In this document: positions 28,543-38,004 of the stretch, one piece after another
How the letters are laid out: the number at the start of each line of letters is the position of its first letter
Position numbering within the stretch: position 1 is the stretch's first letter
Origin: Actinomycetota bacterium
GTDB taxonomy: Bacteria; Actinomycetota; Aquicultoria; SURF-47
Assembly (NCBI GenBank): GCA_003599235.1
Contig: QZJE01000007.1
Span: 16,585 to 80,584, forward strand
Reading direction: 5' to 3'
DNA: 64,000 nt
The notes under the pieces: model-generated
What the model saw: only the letters and a program-made list of their open reading frames with translations
Database searches by the model: none
Told to the model about the DNA's origin: nothing
Position numbers and translations under genes: made by a program

Positions 28543-28826
28543 TTATTTTTTCTTTTTTGAATTAGCAGTCCAAATACAGCACCAATTAATAAATAAATCG
28601 TTGTCCCCAATATAGGAATATAGAGTTGATAAAAAATCGGGTTTTCAAAGGCAGATGGGAAAAAAACTAGTCCAATGATAAATAATGGAAGATCGAACAC
28701 TATTGCAAACAATGCTGATAGATTGAACTCACCAGTCGTAAAATTAGTAAATAAAATAAGCGAAACAACAAGATGTGTTAGCCCAAATACAATTGCATAT
28801 TTTTGCCATAGTTTCAAACGTTTCAT
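28539..28826 (-). CDS. Small membrane protein (2-3 TM), translationally coupled to the giant gene
   Basis: 95 aa, hydrophobic with basic termini. SD (GGAG) upstream and ATGA overlap with the start at 28542. Confidence 0.75.
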   Translation of the reverse strand: MKRLKLWQKYAIVFGLTHLVVSLILFTNFTTGEFNLSALFAIVFDLPLFIIGLVFFPSAFENPIFYQLYIPILGTTIYLLIGAVFGLLIQKRKNK

Positions 28827-28867
28827 GACTCTCCTGTCTCTTACCTAACTACCAACCGCTTGCAGTA

Positions 28868-28899
28868 ATTATACCATCGCCATAGTAGGTTTTGCGATG
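28868..28899 (-). promoter_or_regulatory. Extended -10 promoter with overlapping inverted repeat
   Basis: Minus strand TGGTATAAT (28868-28876). CATCGC-N13-GCGATG (28875-28899) spans the spacer. Confidence 0.5.
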
Positions 28900-28956
28900 A
28901 TTAATTTTGGTCAACTACCTATAGATTGATAATACTGCCAAATAGAGTTTGTAGTG

Positions 28957-28981
28957 AACCCTAAAAATTAGGGTATTTTTT
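28957..28981. terminator. Possible terminator hairpin downstream of trpE
   Basis: ACCCTAA-AAA-TTAGGGT followed by a T-tract on the + strand. The tract is on the opposite strand from trpE, so orientation is uncertain. Confidence 0.3.
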
Positions 28982-28999
28982 GGTTAATAGTTGGGGTAT

Positions 29000-30460
29000 C
29001 TATGCCAGCTCGATAGCCTTTAGCAAGGCTTTGGCTTTGTTGATGGATTCTTTGTATTCGGCCTTGGGATCCGAATCATAAACTATCCCCGCGCCGGCTT
29101 GGATGTAGGCAGTGGAATCTTTAATCAATATAGTGCGAATAGCAATACAGGTATCTAAATCGCCTGAATAACTAAAATAGCCAATGGCTCCAGCATATGG
29201 TCCTCTTAGTGTTGGTTCCAGCTCATCTATTATTTCCATGGCCCTGATTTTAGGCGCTCCCGATACTGTGCCTGCCGGAAAAACGCTTCTTAGAGCATCA
29301 AAAGCATTCTTGTCCTTTTCAAGCTTGCCGACCACGTTACTAACCATATGCATAACATGGGAATACTTCTCGACAAACATAAAGTCGGTTACTTCAACAG
29401 TGCCTGGCTCTGATACTCTGCCTAAGTCATTTCTTCCTAAATCTACCAGCATCAGGTGCTCGGCTTTCTCTTTTTCATCATTTAGCAGCTCTATTTCAAA
29501 CTTCGCATCTTCTGCTGCGTCAATACCCCGCCTTCTGGTGCCGGCAATCGGACGTGTTACAACATCATAACCCTCAACCTTTACTAGAGGTTCAGGGGAT
29601 GAGCCTACTAATTTAAAACCATCGAACTTTAAGTAGTACATATATGGTGAGGGATTTAGGGTCCTAAGTACTCTGTACACATCAAAGGATGGAACCTCTA
29701 TCTTGGCTTCAAAGCGCTGCGAAAGAACCACTTGGATGATATCACCAGCTACAATATAGTCTTTGGCTTTTTCTACCATATCGATAAATTGCTGTTCAGA
29801 GAGGTTAGAGGAAATATTAACTTCTTTTTTATTGGAAAAATCTTTTATTTGAACAGAAGGGATGCTTCGGCTTAACTCACCGATTATTTTGTCTATTTTC
29901 TTAAGTGTCTGGTTGTATACTTCTTCTACGTCACCCTTAATGTGAGCATTAACCACCACTTTTATTTTGTGCTTTAGGTGATCGAAAACCAGAAGATTAT
30001 CGGTGAATACAAAGATAGTCTCCGGCACATCTAAGTCGGATTTGCCGCTTTTAGGAATATCCTCAAAATAACGGATATTATCATAGCCCAGATAACCAAC
30101 CGCTCCTCCTTGAAATGGCGGCAATCCCTCGATATGAGCCGGTTTGTAGGGAGATAAAAGCTCCTTTATGGTAACCAAAGGGTCAACTACATTATCAATA
30201 ACCTTATTAACCTGGCCTTTTACCTTAGCTTTTCTATTACCAATAGTTACCACCAGATAAGGATTATTGCCTAGAAAAGAATAACGGGCATACCTTTGAG
30301 CCCCCTCTACACTTTCTAATAAAAAGGAGTAATCGGATTCTCCTAATTTTAGAAAAGCAGATACCGGTGTTTCTAAATCTGCCACAATCTCCCGGTAGAC
30401 CGGTATTAGGTTATGTTCTTTGGCTAGCTTCTTAAAGTCCTTTAGTGTAGGTGAGTACAT
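29000..30460 (-). CDS. trpE: Anthranilate synthase component I
   Basis: LLESVEG (Trp feedback motif), NPSPYM, PIAGT, EHLMLVDLGRND and GTVSGAPK. Confidence 0.9.
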   Translation of the reverse strand: MYSPTLKDFKKLAKEHNLIPVYREIVADLETPVSAFLKLGESDYSFLLESVEGAQRYARYSFLGNNPYLVVTIGNRKAKVKGQVNKVIDNVVDPLVTIKELLSPYKPAHIEGLPPFQGGAVGYLGYDNIRYFEDIPKSGKSDLDVPETIFVFTDNLLVFDHLKHKIKVVVNAHIKGDVEEVYNQTLKKIDKIIGELSRSIPSVQIKDFSNKKEVNISSNLSEQQFIDMVEKAKDYIVAGDIIQVVLSQRFEAKIEVPSFDVYRVLRTLNPSPYMYYLKFDGFKLVGSSPEPLVKVEGYDVVTRPIAGTRRRGIDAAEDAKFEIELLNDEKEKAEHLMLVDLGRNDLGRVSEPGTVEVTDFMFVEKYSHVMHMVSNVVGKLEKDKNAFDALRSVFPAGTVSGAPKIRAMEIIDELEPTLRGPYAGAIGYFSYSGDLDTCIAIRTILIKDSTAYIQAGAGIVYDSDPKAEYKESINKAKALLKAIELA

Positions 30461-31104
30461 TATTTCCAGCGCCTTCGCAGTTCGTTTTCTACTTCATCGA
30501 AGCTGATATCTTTCTCTGCTAATAAAACCAGTAAGTGGTATAGCAGGTCAGCTACTTCCCAAATTACCTCTTTGTTTTCCTTAATCATAGCCGCTTCGAT
30601 GACCTCTTCTGATTCCTCATCAACTTTAGCCAATATCTTATCTAGGCCTTCTGCTAAAAGTTTGGCAGTATAAGATCCTTCCGGTTTATCCTTTTTGCGT
30701 TGCAGAATAACAGAATATAGCTGCTCAATTACACTGCCGTCGACAGCTGAAGTAAGCTCTGTAATTTCTTCAGAGCCAAGGACTCCTTTTTTTAGCTCCC
30801 GGTGAAAACAAGTTCTTTCTCCTGTATGGCAAGCTGGTCCTTTGGGCTTAGCCATAATTAACAATGTATCGTTATCGCAATCATACAAAATGTCTTTTAC
30901 CAACTGATAATTGCCAGAGGTCTCCCCTTTTAACCAGAGTTTCCCGCGACTTCTGCTAAAAAACCAAGCTTTGCCGCTCTCTAAGGTTTTTTCCAAGGCT
31001 TCTTTATTCATATAAGCCATCATCAGGACATCTTTAGTTTTATAATCCTGAACTATGGCCGGAATTAACCCATCTTTATCGAATTTTAGATTATTAATGC
31101 TCAT
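30460..31104 (-). CDS. hisIE: Bifunctional PR-AMP cyclohydrolase / PR-ATP pyrophosphatase
   Basis: KGETSG, DCDND, ACHTG, SYT, EE..E and ADLLYH. Confidence 0.95.
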   Translation of the reverse strand: MSINNLKFDKDGLIPAIVQDYKTKDVLMMAYMNKEALEKTLESGKAWFFSRSRGKLWLKGETSGNYQLVKDILYDCDNDTLLIMAKPKGPACHTGERTCFHRELKKGVLGSEEITELTSAVDGSVIEQLYSVILQRKKDKPEGSYTAKLLAEGLDKILAKVDEESEEVIEAAMIKENKEVIWEVADLLYHLLVLLAEKDISFDEVENELRRRWK

Positions 31105-31114
31105 GTCAACTCCA

Positions 31115-31257
31115 AGTAATTGTTTGTGCTTTCAAAAACGTGTCGCAGGCCTAGCTAGCATGGTTTCCCGACTTGTCGGGAATAGCTGGCCGAGACTCGA
31201 GCAGCATTTTCTCGCCGGGAAAATGACTGCGTATTTTAGAAAGCACAAACAATTACT
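31115..31257. mobile_element. MITE-like or structured element with 19-bp perfect terminal inverted repeats
   Basis: AGTAATTGTTTGTGCTTTC ... GAAAGCACAAACAATTACT, with two internal stem-loops. It fills almost the whole hisF-hisIE spacer. Confidence 0.6.
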
Positions 31258-32086
31258 ATAATCTAACTGCAATTCCCTTATCCCTCATTGCCTCTTTAAC
31301 CTGCCTAATCGATAGCTCTCCATAGTGAAACAAAGACGCTGCCAGTACCGCATCGGCATCTGATTCTTTTACTACTTCGCTAAAATGCTCTAGGGTTCCT
31401 GCTCCGCCGGATGCAATAACCGGCACATTAACCGCTCTAGTTACTTGCTTAGTTAATTCTAGCTCATAACCATCTTTAGTGCCGTCCCTATCCATGCTGG
31501 TTAGCAAAATCTCTCCGGCTCCAAAAGAAACTACCTTCTTTGCCCACTCAATGGCATCAAGACCCGTGGGTGTACGCCCACCGTTGATGTAGACCTGATA
31601 CCAGTCCTCGGGGTCCTGTCGCTGGGGAATCCCGCCGTGCTCAGCAAGCTTGCGACGCGGCGGGAGCCCTTCTTCGCGCCACCCCTCGGCCTTTGCATCT
31701 ATAGCCACCACAATGCACTGGCTACCAAACTTTCTGGCGCATTCTGTAATAATTGACGGGTCTTTAATGGCAGCTGTGTTGATGGCTACCTTATCACAGC
31801 CGGTTGCCAGCATCTTACGGACATCTTCAACTCCTCTTATTCCACCGCCTATTGTATATGGAATAAATACCTGTTCAGCTACCTTGCTAGCAACATCTAA
31901 CATGATATTGCGCTCCTCATGGGAGGCAGTAATGTCTAAAAAAACCAGCTCGTCAGCCCCTTCTTTGTCGTAGACAGAAGCAAGCTCTACCGGATCGCCG
32001 GCATCTCTGATATCAACAAAATTTATCCCTTTAACTACCCTGCCCTTATCAACATCAAGACAAGGAATAATACGCTTAGCTAGCAA
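31256..32086 (-). CDS. hisF: IGP synthase cyclase subunit with a 26-aa insertion
   Basis: [24 protein letters not shown] and IASGGAG. Confidence 0.96.
   Translation of the reverse strand: MLAKRIIPCLDVDKGRVVKGINFVDIRDAGDPVELASVYDKEGADELVFLDITASHEERNIMLDVASKVAEQVFIPYTIGGGIRGVEDVRKMLATGCDKVAINTAAIKDPSIITECARKFGSQCIVVAIDAKAEGWREEGLPPRRKLAEHGGIPQRQDPEDWYQVYINGGRTPTGLDAIEWAKKVVSFGAGEILLTSMDRDGTKDGYELELTKQVTRAVNVPVIASGGAGTLEHFSEVVKESDADAVLAASLFHYGELSIRQVKEAMRDKGIAVRL
31606..31689. mobile_element. 78-bp in-frame GC-rich palindromic insertion in hisF
   Basis: CCTCGG direct repeats 78 bp apart, GGGGT/ACCCC ends, a TCCCGCCG/CGGCGGGA stem and a GCAAGCTTGC apex. Confidence 0.7.
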
Positions 32087-32801
32087 CTATTAATACATCT
32101 CCTAAATCTAGTTGTCCTTCATATAAAGCAGTCCCTATTATTGCCCCTTCTACTCCCAAGTACTCCAGCTTCCTAAGGTTTTTAATATCCTCAAGAGTAG
32201 TTATTCCTCCTGAAGCAATAATTGCCATATCTGTGACCTCTGTTACTTCTTGTAAAAGCGCAAGATTGGGACCCTTTTGCATGCCATCAGTTAAAATATC
32301 AGTTAGAACCAGCCTTTTTATCCCTTGGCTATTAAGTGACTTTACCAAATCAATTGTCTTTACCTCGGTTACACTTTGCCAGCCATCGACGGCAATTAAG
32401 CCGTTATTGCTATCAATGCTAGCAACAAGCTTTTCAGCACCAAAATACCTACGGACCTCTGATAATAAATCCCTGTTACGCACTATGCTAGTACCAAGAA
32501 TCACTCTTTGAACCCCTATTGAGAGGGCTTGCTCAATATATTTCATATTCCGCATTCCCCCGCCAAGCTGGATGGGAATATCTACAGCTTTAATAATATC
32601 TTCAGCTGAATCCAGATTAGCAGGCTTGCCATCCTTGGCCCCCTCTAAATCCACAACGTGCAGATATTTGGCGCCTTTAGACTGCCATTTAAGAGCCATT
32701 TTAACCGGATCCTCCCCATAGACCTTTTTCCGGTCATACTCCCCTTGTTTTAAGCGCACGCACTTGCCCTCTATTAAATCGATTGCCGGAAAGATAATCA
32801 T
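32076..32801 (-). CDS. hisA: ProFAR isomerase
   Basis: [20 protein letters not shown] and IASGG. Confidence 0.96.
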   Translation of the reverse strand: MIIFPAIDLIEGKCVRLKQGEYDRKKVYGEDPVKMALKWQSKGAKYLHVVDLEGAKDGKPANLDSAEDIIKAVDIPIQLGGGMRNMKYIEQALSIGVQRVILGTSIVRNRDLLSEVRRYFGAEKLVASIDSNNGLIAVDGWQSVTEVKTIDLVKSLNSQGIKRLVLTDILTDGMQKGPNLALLQEVTEVTDMAIIASGGITTLEDIKNLRKLEYLGVEGAIIGTALYEGQLDLGDVLIVAS

Positions 32802-33400
32802 TTAATAATCTCCAAAAAATTACCAAGTATCTTAAGACCAATTTTTCCACTTTTTTCGGGATGGAACTGTACTCCATAAATATTTTCTTTACAAATAAAA
32901 GAGGTAAAATCTGTTCCATAGTCCGTCGTGGCTACAACAACATCTTCCTTTGAGGTTGCATGGTAGGAATGTACAAAGTATACGTTTGGATTACCGGCTA
33001 TGCCTTTAAGTAAAGGATTTTCTTGTTTGACATCAAGCTGGTTCCAGCCGATATGAGGCACCTTAACCTCATCTGGCAAACGGACAATCTCGCCTTTAAT
33101 TAGCCCCAAACCGGCATTTTCCCCACCTTCATAGCTTTTTTCAAACAATACCTGAAGTCCCAGACAAATGCCTAGATAGGGTTTTCCTTGTTCTATTAAA
33201 CCCGCAACTGCTTTATCAAGCCCAGTAGAGATTAACCTGTCCATGCAATCGGCAAAAGCCCCCACGCCAGGCAAAACCACGGCATCGCTATTTAAGATAT
33301 CACCTGGATTAGAGGTAACTTTAACCTGGGCCCCTAAATACTCAAAAGCCTTCTCCACACTTCTTAAGTTTCCCATTCCATAATCAACTATTGCTATCAA
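32798..33400 (-). CDS. hisH: IGP synthase glutaminase subunit
   Basis: DYGMGN, PGVG, GICLGLQ and FHPE. Confidence 0.96.
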   Translation of the reverse strand: MIAIVDYGMGNLRSVEKAFEYLGAQVKVTSNPGDILNSDAVVLPGVGAFADCMDRLISTGLDKAVAGLIEQGKPYLGICLGLQVLFEKSYEGGENAGLGLIKGEIVRLPDEVKVPHIGWNQLDVKQENPLLKGIAGNPNVYFVHSYHATSKEDVVVATTDYGTDFTSFICKENIYGVQFHPEKSGKIGLKILGNFLEIIK

Positions 33401-33437
33401 TCAATTCACCCTTAATTGCGATACAGGCCAACCTCTG

Positions 33438-34031
33438 CTATCCATCCATGCTTCCTTTTGTCGAAGGCACTCCTTCTATTCTCTCATCAATTTGAGTAGC
33501 CATATCCATAGCCCGTGCCATTGCTTTAAAAATAGCCTCGATCATGTGATGAGTATCTTTGCCTGATAAGAGCCTGACATGCAAGGTCATGGCAGCATGA
33601 TTAACAAAAGCATGCAAAAACTCCGTAACTAATGAAGTATCAAACCCACCGATATTTTCTTTAGGAAGCGGCGCCTCGAATACAAGATGTGAACGGCCCG
33701 CTAAATCCAAGGCTACCATAGCCAAAGATTCATCCATTGGAAGCAAGCTATAACCATATCTCTTTATCTGCTTTTTTTCTCCTAGCGCCCGCCTGAAAGC
33801 TTGCCCTAAGCTGATGCCGACATCTTCTACCGTGTGGTGGCCTCCGACATCTAAGTCCCCTTTAGCTGAAATAGTTAAGTCGAACAATCCATGTTTAGCA
33901 AATAGCTCCAGCATGTGATTAAGAAATGGAATGCGTGTCTCTATCTTGTATTTAGCACTTCCGTCAATGTTTAATTCAACATTAATTTGCGTCTCCATGG
34001 TTTCTCTCTTAATTGTTGCTTGCCTTGCCAT
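33438..34031 (-). CDS. hisB: Imidazoleglycerol-phosphate dehydratase (monofunctional)
   Basis: HHTVED, PMDE and HHMIE. Confidence 0.96.
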   Translation of the reverse strand: MARQATIKRETMETQINVELNIDGSAKYKIETRIPFLNHMLELFAKHGLFDLTISAKGDLDVGGHHTVEDVGISLGQAFRRALGEKKQIKRYGYSLLPMDESLAMVALDLAGRSHLVFEAPLPKENIGGFDTSLVTEFLHAFVNHAAMTLHVRLLSGKDTHHMIEAIFKAMARAMDMATQIDERIEGVPSTKGSMDG

Positions 34032-34989
34032 TTTCTCCTCCTAAAAATGAAAGTATTTTATTAATGTCATCACTTACTATATCTGCTAATTGCAAAAAAC
34101 GTTCTGTGTCTTTATTTACCGCTGCCGAGATAAAGCTATTTTTACCTGTTTCTTTGTTGTAATTAGCTACCGTTTTAGCATCATCTACAGTGTCCCCGAT
34201 ATATACTCCTCTTGATAACCCCATTCTAGCACTTAGTTTAATTAGAGAATCAGGATGCGGTTTCACCATACTGTTGCCATCATCATAGACTATAAAGTCG
34301 TCATCTATTTGATTAATAATAGTTATTTTTTCTACAGCTATTTGCACTTCTTCTTTTGTGCGGCCGGTTAAAATGCCTACTTTGGGCCAAAAAGGACTCA
34401 GTAATTCCTTGTCTATCAATATTTCCTCTTTGTTAATCAAGCCTTTTTCTTTAATATATCTAGGGTCAAATCCATATAACCGGCGGCAATAATCAACTCC
34501 TCCAAAAAGCTCTTGGAATATTTGCTTGATTAGAGCTGTATTCCACAAAGATAGAACCTGCTGCTTGTCTTTTTTACTTAAGTTATCTAATAAGCTCTTT
34601 TTAGCTCCTTTAAGACCGCCTCCTGGCGCTAAACTTCTAACCCAGTCTTGCAAAAATGGCGCCTGCCTTCTTAGGATACCAACGTTCTTTTCATCAAACT
34701 TAAGAGTCTTAACCAGGTAAAATAAGCAAACGGCAAAAGTTAAATCCCAATCGTTATTAAAGCCTCCGGCATTTTTAAAAAGAGTAGTCTCTTGTGGCTC
34801 TATTAACTTAGCTTGGCCTTGATATTTTAGTATTTGGTGAAAGTAGTATTGAGTTGTCTGGCTGATGCACTGGCGAAACGATTCAGAGACTTCTAAAACT
34901 ACCCCGTCGATGTCTAAAACAAGACCGTCAACATCTATATTAAGCCCTTTTTTAATCCACACTCCGTTTTGTTGAATAAAATTGTTCAT
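34009..34989 (-). CDS. HAD-superfamily hydrolase (TIGR01548-like), candidate histidinol-phosphatase
   Basis: LDIDGV, GGFNNDWD, LTGR, KPHP and YIGDTVDD. Located inside the his operon. Confidence 0.75.
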   Translation of the reverse strand: MNNFIQQNGVWIKKGLNIDVDGLVLDIDGVVLEVSESFRQCISQTTQYYFHQILKYQGQAKLIEPQETTLFKNAGGFNNDWDLTFAVCLFYLVKTLKFDEKNVGILRRQAPFLQDWVRSLAPGGGLKGAKKSLLDNLSKKDKQQVLSLWNTALIKQIFQELFGGVDYCRRLYGFDPRYIKEKGLINKEEILIDKELLSPFWPKVGILTGRTKEEVQIAVEKITIINQIDDDFIVYDDGNSMVKPHPDSLIKLSARMGLSRGVYIGDTVDDAKTVANYNKETGKNSFISAAVNKDTERFLQLADIVSDDINKILSFLGGENGKASNN

Positions 34990-34998
34990 GTTGCTCCA

Positions 34999-36303
34999 TC
35001 AAAATCGCCGAGGGGGTACTTCCTCTCTTACTGCAATTGATCTGCTATGAGCATCTAGGCCTTCTGCTTCTGCTATTGTTTTGGCGCTTTTAGCCATATC
35101 CATAAAACCTTCTTTAGATATCCACAAGAAGGAAGGCTTTTTTATAAAACACTCAACTGATAAAGCCGAGTAAAAACGAGCGGTGCCCATCGTCGGCAAC
35201 ACGTGATTAGGGCCGGCAATATAGTCGCCTAAAGCCTCTACGCTAAAGTCGCCAACAAAAATCGCCCCTGCATTTTGCACTTGATTAATATAGTTAGTAG
35301 CCTTCTCTACCATTATCTCTAAGTGCTCTGGGGCAATAATGTTAGCAACTTCCACCGCTTTATCGAGTCCATCAACTAAAAAGATGCGTCCTCGTTGTCT
35401 AATGGAATCGCTAGCGATCTTACTTCGCAATATCTGTTTTAGCTGGTCATCGAGTTCTTTTTTTACTTTTTCGGCAATGTCGTTTGAATCAGTTATTAGT
35501 ATAGCTGTAGCGTCTTGTGCATGTTCTGCTTGGGCCAGCATGTCAGAGGCAACATAGACCGGATTAGCCGATGAATCAGCAATGATTACTATCTCGCTAG
35601 GCCCAGCTATCATATCAATGTCAACTTGGCCTATAACCTCTTTCTTTGCTGCCGTTACATAGATATTCCCGGGGCCTACTATCTTATCTACCTTTTTTAT
35701 ACTCCTTGTGCCATAGGCCATAGCAGCTATGGCAGATGCCCCACCGATCTTGTAGATCTCCTTAATGCCGCAAACATCCGCTGCTACAAGGGTTTTAGGA
35801 TTTATCTGGCCTTCTAAATCCGGCGGTGAACAAAGAGCAATTTCTGCCACTTTTGCAACTATTGCAGGAATTGCCCCCATTAGAACCGATGACGGATAGC
35901 TAGCCTGGCCTCCGGGAGCATAAACCCCAGCTCTCTTAAGGGGGCGGATAAGCTGCCCTAATGTTGATCCCTTGTCCTTGATAAACCATTCTTTGGGTAA
36001 CTGATTTTCATGAAAGGCAAAAATCCGCCCGTAAGCATCTTTAATAGCAGCTATATAATCCAAACTGACTTTCTTTTTTGCATCTTTAATTTCTTCTTGG
36101 CTTACTCTTAGTTCATCTACACTAAACTCGTGCCCCTCTATTTCTTTGATAAGCCTAAGAATGGCCTCGTCACCATCGGCTTTTACTTCCTCAACTATTT
36201 TTTTGGCTACCTCTGTTTCAGAAGCGTCTTCAATGTTTATCCTGGTAAAATTAGCCAACACATCTTTTTCTTTAATTAGCCCCGATAAACGCACGGTTTT
36301 CAT
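34999..36303 (-). CDS. hisD: Histidinol dehydrogenase
   Basis: GPGN, AGPSE, QAEH, PEHLE and GDY.AGPNH. Confidence 0.96.
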   Translation of the reverse strand: MKTVRLSGLIKEKDVLANFTRINIEDASETEVAKKIVEEVKADGDEAILRLIKEIEGHEFSVDELRVSQEEIKDAKKKVSLDYIAAIKDAYGRIFAFHENQLPKEWFIKDKGSTLGQLIRPLKRAGVYAPGGQASYPSSVLMGAIPAIVAKVAEIALCSPPDLEGQINPKTLVAADVCGIKEIYKIGGASAIAAMAYGTRSIKKVDKIVGPGNIYVTAAKKEVIGQVDIDMIAGPSEIVIIADSSANPVYVASDMLAQAEHAQDATAILITDSNDIAEKVKKELDDQLKQILRSKIASDSIRQRGRIFLVDGLDKAVEVANIIAPEHLEIMVEKATNYINQVQNAGAIFVGDFSVEALGDYIAGPNHVLPTMGTARFYSALSVECFIKKPSFLWISKEGFMDMAKSAKTIAEAEGLDAHSRSIAVREEVPPRRF

Positions 36304-36926
36304 ATTTTTAGCCTTTTAATAAACTTTTCAATTTCTTCTGCTTTTAGCTTGTTGCTGACATAATTAGCAATTAAACGGGCGCTGCATTCATATGACTTGT
36401 CAAGTACAACCAGATTATTCTCCTTTAGGGTTTTACCGGTGCTGCTTAAGTCATATATTTGGTCAGCCAAGCCCACTATGGGAGCAAGCTCTATTGAGCC
36501 TCTTAGCTTGATAATCTCAGCTTGTAATCCTTTTGCAGAAAAATACATAGAAGTAATACTTGGATATTTTGTAGCTACTCGATATTGACCCAATTGGTCG
36601 TAGCTTTTCTTTGTATTCTCAACTGATTTAGACAAGCCAGCTAATATAAATTGACACCAACCAAACCCCAAATCTGCTAATTCAAAAACCTCTCGGCTTT
36701 CTTCCATTAAGGCATCTTTGCCAGCTATCCCTAAGTCTGCTGCTCCGTATTCTACATAAGTGGCAACATCACTCGGGCGTGCTAGAATAAAACTTAATGT
36801 CCCACTCTTCAGGTAAAGACGGCGGCTTTCTTCTTCTAGAGCGCTAACATCAAACTCACTCTTTTTTAAAAGCTCTATGGTTGGTTTTAATAAAACACCT
36901 TTTGAGAGGGCAATTTTTAGGCTCAC
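36300..36926 (-). CDS. hisG: ATP phosphoribosyltransferase, short form
   Basis: ALSKG, VATKYP, GSIELAP and STGKTLKEN. Adjacent to hisZ. Confidence 0.95.
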   Translation of the reverse strand: MSLKIALSKGVLLKPTIELLKKSEFDVSALEEESRRLYLKSGTLSFILARPSDVATYVEYGAADLGIAGKDALMEESREVFELADLGFGWCQFILAGLSKSVENTKKSYDQLGQYRVATKYPSITSMYFSAKGLQAEIIKLRGSIELAPIVGLADQIYDLSSTGKTLKENNLVVLDKSYECSARLIANYVSNKLKAEEIEKFIKRLKI

Positions 36927-37993
36927 TTTGCCCTCCTTAGTTTTAAAATGTCCTCGAGAAGCGCTTTGCTGGACATGCCAACCCTGACACTTGATTTGTC
37001 TTTGGTTGATATTTTTACTTTTTGCCCGGCTAGAGCAATATGGAGACGCTCAAGCCCGATAGCAAAACCAGCTGAAGGCATATCTACTCCAAAAGTCTTT
37101 AGTAAGCCATCATAGCGGCCTCCTCCGGCAATAGGCAGCCCCACCTGCGGAGAATATGCCTCAAAAACCACACCCGTGTAGTAATCGAAATCACGCACTA
37201 TTGATAAATCAAAAACCACATTTTCTAAATAACCATAAGATTGTATTAATGATTTTATTTTTATTAAGTTATTTAAAGCAGCCTGACTTTTTATGTTTCC
37301 TGCTAGCTCTTTGGCTTGTGTTAAGACATATTTTCCGTTAAGAGTGATTGCTTTTAACAAAGCATCTTTTGACTTTTTGGAAGCCTTCATTCTTTTAAGA
37401 AAAACCGATAAGCCGACCAAGTTTTTCCTGGCAATCAGTTTTCTTATCTCTTTGGCTACTTCTACATCTTTGGTTAATTGCTCAATTAATCCGTTAACAA
37501 AATCTATTTGACCAATGCCTACCCTAAAATCCCTAAGACCAACTTTTTTTAAAGTTTCGATCAAAATGATAATTGTTTCTGCATCACTAAAACCTGAACT
37601 GCTGCCAATTAATTCTATTCCAGCTTGTAAGAATTGGCGTTGCTGGCCCTGACGAGGCTTTTCTTGCCTAAAAACATCGGCGACATACGATAGGCGAATC
37701 GGTGTGGGCCCTTGAGAATATCTTTGAGCTACCAGGCGAGCAATCGGTGTTGTCATCTCCGGCCTAAGTGCTAACAATGCCCCATCGCTATCAAAAAACT
37801 TGAAAACCTCACCCGTTATAAAATCCCCTGTTTGGGCCGTCAGTAAGTCGTAGTATTCAAAGGCCGGAGTCTTGATACTTAAGTAACCCCATGACTTAAA
37901 AGCCTTTTTGGTTATCTCTTTAATTTTACTTAGCTCGCGTTCCTCCTTGGGCAATATATCTTTTAGCCCCGAGGGAACTGTTGGTTGCTTCAT
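36923..37993 (-). CDS. hisZ: ATP phosphoribosyltransferase regulatory subunit
   Basis: HisRS-like fold (LRPEMT, QAGIE, YYTG, GGRYD), first gene of the his operon next to short hisG. Confidence 0.93.
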   Translation of the reverse strand: MKQPTVPSGLKDILPKEERELSKIKEITKKAFKSWGYLSIKTPAFEYYDLLTAQTGDFITGEVFKFFDSDGALLALRPEMTTPIARLVAQRYSQGPTPIRLSYVADVFRQEKPRQGQQRQFLQAGIELIGSSSGFSDAETIIILIETLKKVGLRDFRVGIGQIDFVNGLIEQLTKDVEVAKEIRKLIARKNLVGLSVFLKRMKASKKSKDALLKAITLNGKYVLTQAKELAGNIKSQAALNNLIKIKSLIQSYGYLENVVFDLSIVRDFDYYTGVVFEAYSPQVGLPIAGGGRYDGLLKTFGVDMPSAGFAIGLERLHIALAGQKVKISTKDKSSVRVGMSSKALLEDILKLRRAK

Positions 37994-38004
37994 TTGGTCT
38001 CCAT

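Noticed and set aside
19243..28826. Island as a prophage or integrative element
   Set aside because: There is no integrase, att-like direct repeat or phage gene that I can see.
31055..31261. 68-aa plus-strand ORF across the hisF-hisIE spacer
   Set aside because: It is antisense to the operon, overlaps both genes and is explained by the inverted-repeat element.
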